A DNA stretch of 63,258 nt, the filler included, from Globobulimina sp. (lineage: Eukaryota): NCBI GenBank assembly GCA_003354225.1. It is 48 parts of 48 records of this genome, joined end to end, with 100 filler letters (N's around TTAATTAATTAA, not from the genome) between each part and the next. Parts side by side here need not be neighbours in the genome. Positions count along the whole stretch, not along the records: positions 60,721 to 61,939 come from PIVH01020741.1; positions 62,040 to 63,258 come from PIVH01020742.1; 46 more parts are not named here. One strand, 5' to 3'. Position numbers and translations under genes: made by a program. Shown piece by piece: positions 60,621-63,258 of this stretch. Numbering within the stretch: the first letter of the stretch is position 1; every line of letters starts with the position of its first letter. The notes under the pieces are model-generated. The model did no database searches. It was not told the origin of the DNA and saw only the letters and a list, made by a program, of their open reading frames with translations.

Positions 60621-62071
60621 NNNNNNNNNNNNNNNNNNNNNNNNNNNNNNNNNNNNNNNNNNNNTTAATTAATTAANNNNNNNNNNNNNNNNNNNNNNNN
60701 NNNNNNNNNNNNNNNNNNNNCTTTTATGCCGTATAGCATCCATATGAACGAGTATGAAATTTTGAACAGCTTTGAGAGAGCCATTGCATTGAAAGAATAC
60801 ATACAATATTGATCTTCCTTTCATATTGATATTGCATATCTGAGAGACTTAGGCGGCCAGGCCTCAATATATTCATTTAATTGCATTAATCTTTGCTTAA
60901 TATTGACGTGGATGCTTTTTTAATTGCAATTTGCAATTGGAAATGAATGAAATGAATATATTATGTTTTTATAAACAATTAAATCCGTTACGAGAATACA
61001 ACTCGCTGCCGGCTGTATGCATAAATAAAATGAGTTGCCACTTCTATGTGCATTGTAAAATGTTGTGCGCATCCCCAATCTCAATGTAATATATGATTTT
61101 TCGATCTATGATTTTTCAACATTGAATGAAATATTTTGCATAACATTTTTATGCAATTATTATAATTGAATGAGTTGAATTGGAACAATATGAATGTGCT
61201 AGCTACAATATTTGAGAATGAATATATTTGCGATCCGATCCGATCCGAAGCGACCCGATCCAATCCAATCACTATATAGTATGTACATAATATAATAATA
61301 TTAAACTAGCTGTCGATTCGAAGCGAATTAAGCGAATATCCATTGCAAACTGCTTCAATTAATGGAATGAGAGAGGCATCGCGATATAATTATAAAGGCT
61401 TGCCATTGAGGTTCCGACTTCATGCAAAAAGCTAGCTCACAGTTTTAGTGACTCTCAAATCTTAACATTTAGAAATCAAGCATGGATGCTCTCTGGCCGG
61501 CTTTAAGAAATGTCACACGCTCAACTATCACAATATCAATATAATACAATACAATACCACATAACCAAAACGCATTTGTGTACACACATCAACTTTTCAT
61601 ATCGTTTCTATCGTTTCTCGCTTCGCACCACAAATTGCCCTCGTTCACCTATATTGCTAGAGTAAGACCACTTTGAAGAATAAATTATATCAAAACTGAT
61701 TATATGTATTTATGAGATATTTGCGGTTTGTTTCAATGTGGACCAGTTTGGTATCATTGGATAATCTCTCTAAATGATTGATGGCCATTTCATCTCATTC
61801 TTTTTCTCAATGTAATTGTGAATATTTAATAATTACGTGCTGTAATTCATATTTAATTGAACAGAAGTTCAGAATCCCATAAACAAGAATGAAATGTAAC
61901 GTTCGATCTTCTTCCTTGATTTCAAAACTTGAAATGATGNNNNNNNNNNNNNNNNNNNNNNNNNNNNNNNNNNNNNNNNNNNNTTAATTAATTAANNNNN
62001 NNNNNNNNNNNNNNNNNNNNNNNNNNNNNNNNNNNNNNNACTTTAATTTAAATGTCCGAGTAAAAACTGTT

Positions 62072-62180
62072 TATTGTATATTGTATATAATTATGTTGTA
62101 TATTGTATATTGTATATTGTATATAATTATAATGTATATTGTATATTGTATATGTATATTGTATATGTATACTGTATATA
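62072..62180. repeat. Degenerate (TATTGTA)n microsatellite
   Basis: Tandem 7-mer visible in the sequence. Confidence 0.8.
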
Positions 62181-62239
62181 AAGAAATAAAGTAAGAAATA
62201 TTGTAAACAGTTATGTCAGCAAATTGGCATTTTGTTAAA

Positions 62240-63024
62240 ATGTCGAGCATTTTTATTAATGGTATTATTAGCATTTTTTTATATTGCTTCTATTATGTGC
62301 TTTGTTGGCGTATTAAAAGAATTTCTGAGCATTAAATATAAACGAACTGAAACGCAAATTGGTGTGGATATGAGTATGATAAAATATTTTGGGGTTTTTT
62401 CATCAATTGTTGGATATATAATGGACAGATGTAAAAATAGAGAATATTTTTTGTTGTTTGCAGCAATATGTATAACCACAGCACATTCGTTGTTATATTT
62501 TTCTGATTGGGAGAATAAAACAGCATCAATGTCAAGCTTGATCATAATGGGCGTTGGGGAGGTTTTTCTTATGAACGCATTCTATCCAGCAATTGCCTCC
62601 ATAGCTACAGCAAAATATTCTGTGACTGCGTTTGCTTTTGTTGAGTTTATAGTATCTTGCGGCTGTGTCATTGTCCCCGTTGTTGTTGCTTCGTTTATGG
62701 ATGACTTTGGTATTGAAATTTGCGAATTAATATTTTTTTATTATGTCATGCATTGGATTATTAATAATAGCTATTTTAGTTGTTTTTAATAATTACTCTG
62801 AAGAAGATTATGTGAATAGAACAATATTGGGCTGTCCGGTAACAAAACAACCTGAAAACATAAACGCAAATTATAAATTTAAAAATGTTAACATTGCAAC
62901 AAACGATGAAGGAATTGAAATGACAAACTTTCAAACCAATGCTAACATTGATAAAATTCAACAAAATTTGAATCGTGATTCTTTGTCACATTCCCAAAAA
63001 TATGAAATGTGTTTAAAATTCTGA
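62240..63024 (+). CDS. MFS transporter (MFSD1-like), C-terminal half; frameshift at T-run 62733-62739
   Basis: GYIMDRCKNR MFS loop motif and TM helices; removing one T joins ORF 62743..63024. Confidence 0.65.
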
Positions 63025-63258
63025 ATGCTTATTTCTGTTTAAAATTCTAAAATTTTTTCTTAGTTTGTTTTGCGTCTGTTTAGGCGGTAATATTTAATCG
63101 AGATAATTTGATTGGTGAATAATGTTTGATTGGTAGAAGCGTTTGCAAAATTATAGTCTGATAATTGATGTTTTGAAGTACACACTCTGTTGACTAGATA
63201 ATGAACGGCTTGTTTTATGGATCAATATCATTAGTGATACTATTTTTTCTGCTTCGAT

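Noticed and set aside
61231-61270. (GATCC)n-like tract, and AACATG repeats at 43609-43712
   Set aside because: Short degenerate simple repeats with no further structure.
1222-62039. Regularly spaced TTAATTAATTAA as a CRISPR-like or biological repeat
   Set aside because: N-flanked six-frame-stop linker inserted during contig concatenation.

Overview
This window is not one locus. It is 48 unrelated short contigs (~1,219-1,221 nt, in decreasing size order) joined by an artificial 100-nt spacer (44 N + TTAATTAATTAA + 44 N, stops in all six frames), so no synteny can be inferred across spacers. Most contigs are AT-rich eukaryotic DNA with short (about 54-82 nt) spliceosomal introns and the standard code. 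Recognisable fragments include ATG16-like, V-PPase, ABCA, NFX1, ceramidase, RNF121, GrpE, p31comet-like, sulfatase, Cu- and P4-ATPases, PIP5K, SGTA and importin alpha, plus LINE, tyrosine-recombinase and Sola2-like transposons. The family mix (SPRY/Kelch-type orphans, PLS-like PPR, RGS) suggests a rhizarian protist, probably a foraminiferan; this is inference. At least two contigs look bacterial: an attC-like site plus calcineurin-like phosphoesterase, and a TPR C-terminus. Two contigs are host-bacterium chimeras (recA/NFX1; PPR/high-GC membrane gene), consistent with whole-genome-amplification artefacts. The best biological lead is a spliced globin-RGS fusion gene (48850-49761), a candidate haem/gas-gated G-protein GAP. 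Secondary leads are GTTAAGT-type splice donors, fold-back stems in the long introns, and a dispersed palindromic repeat.
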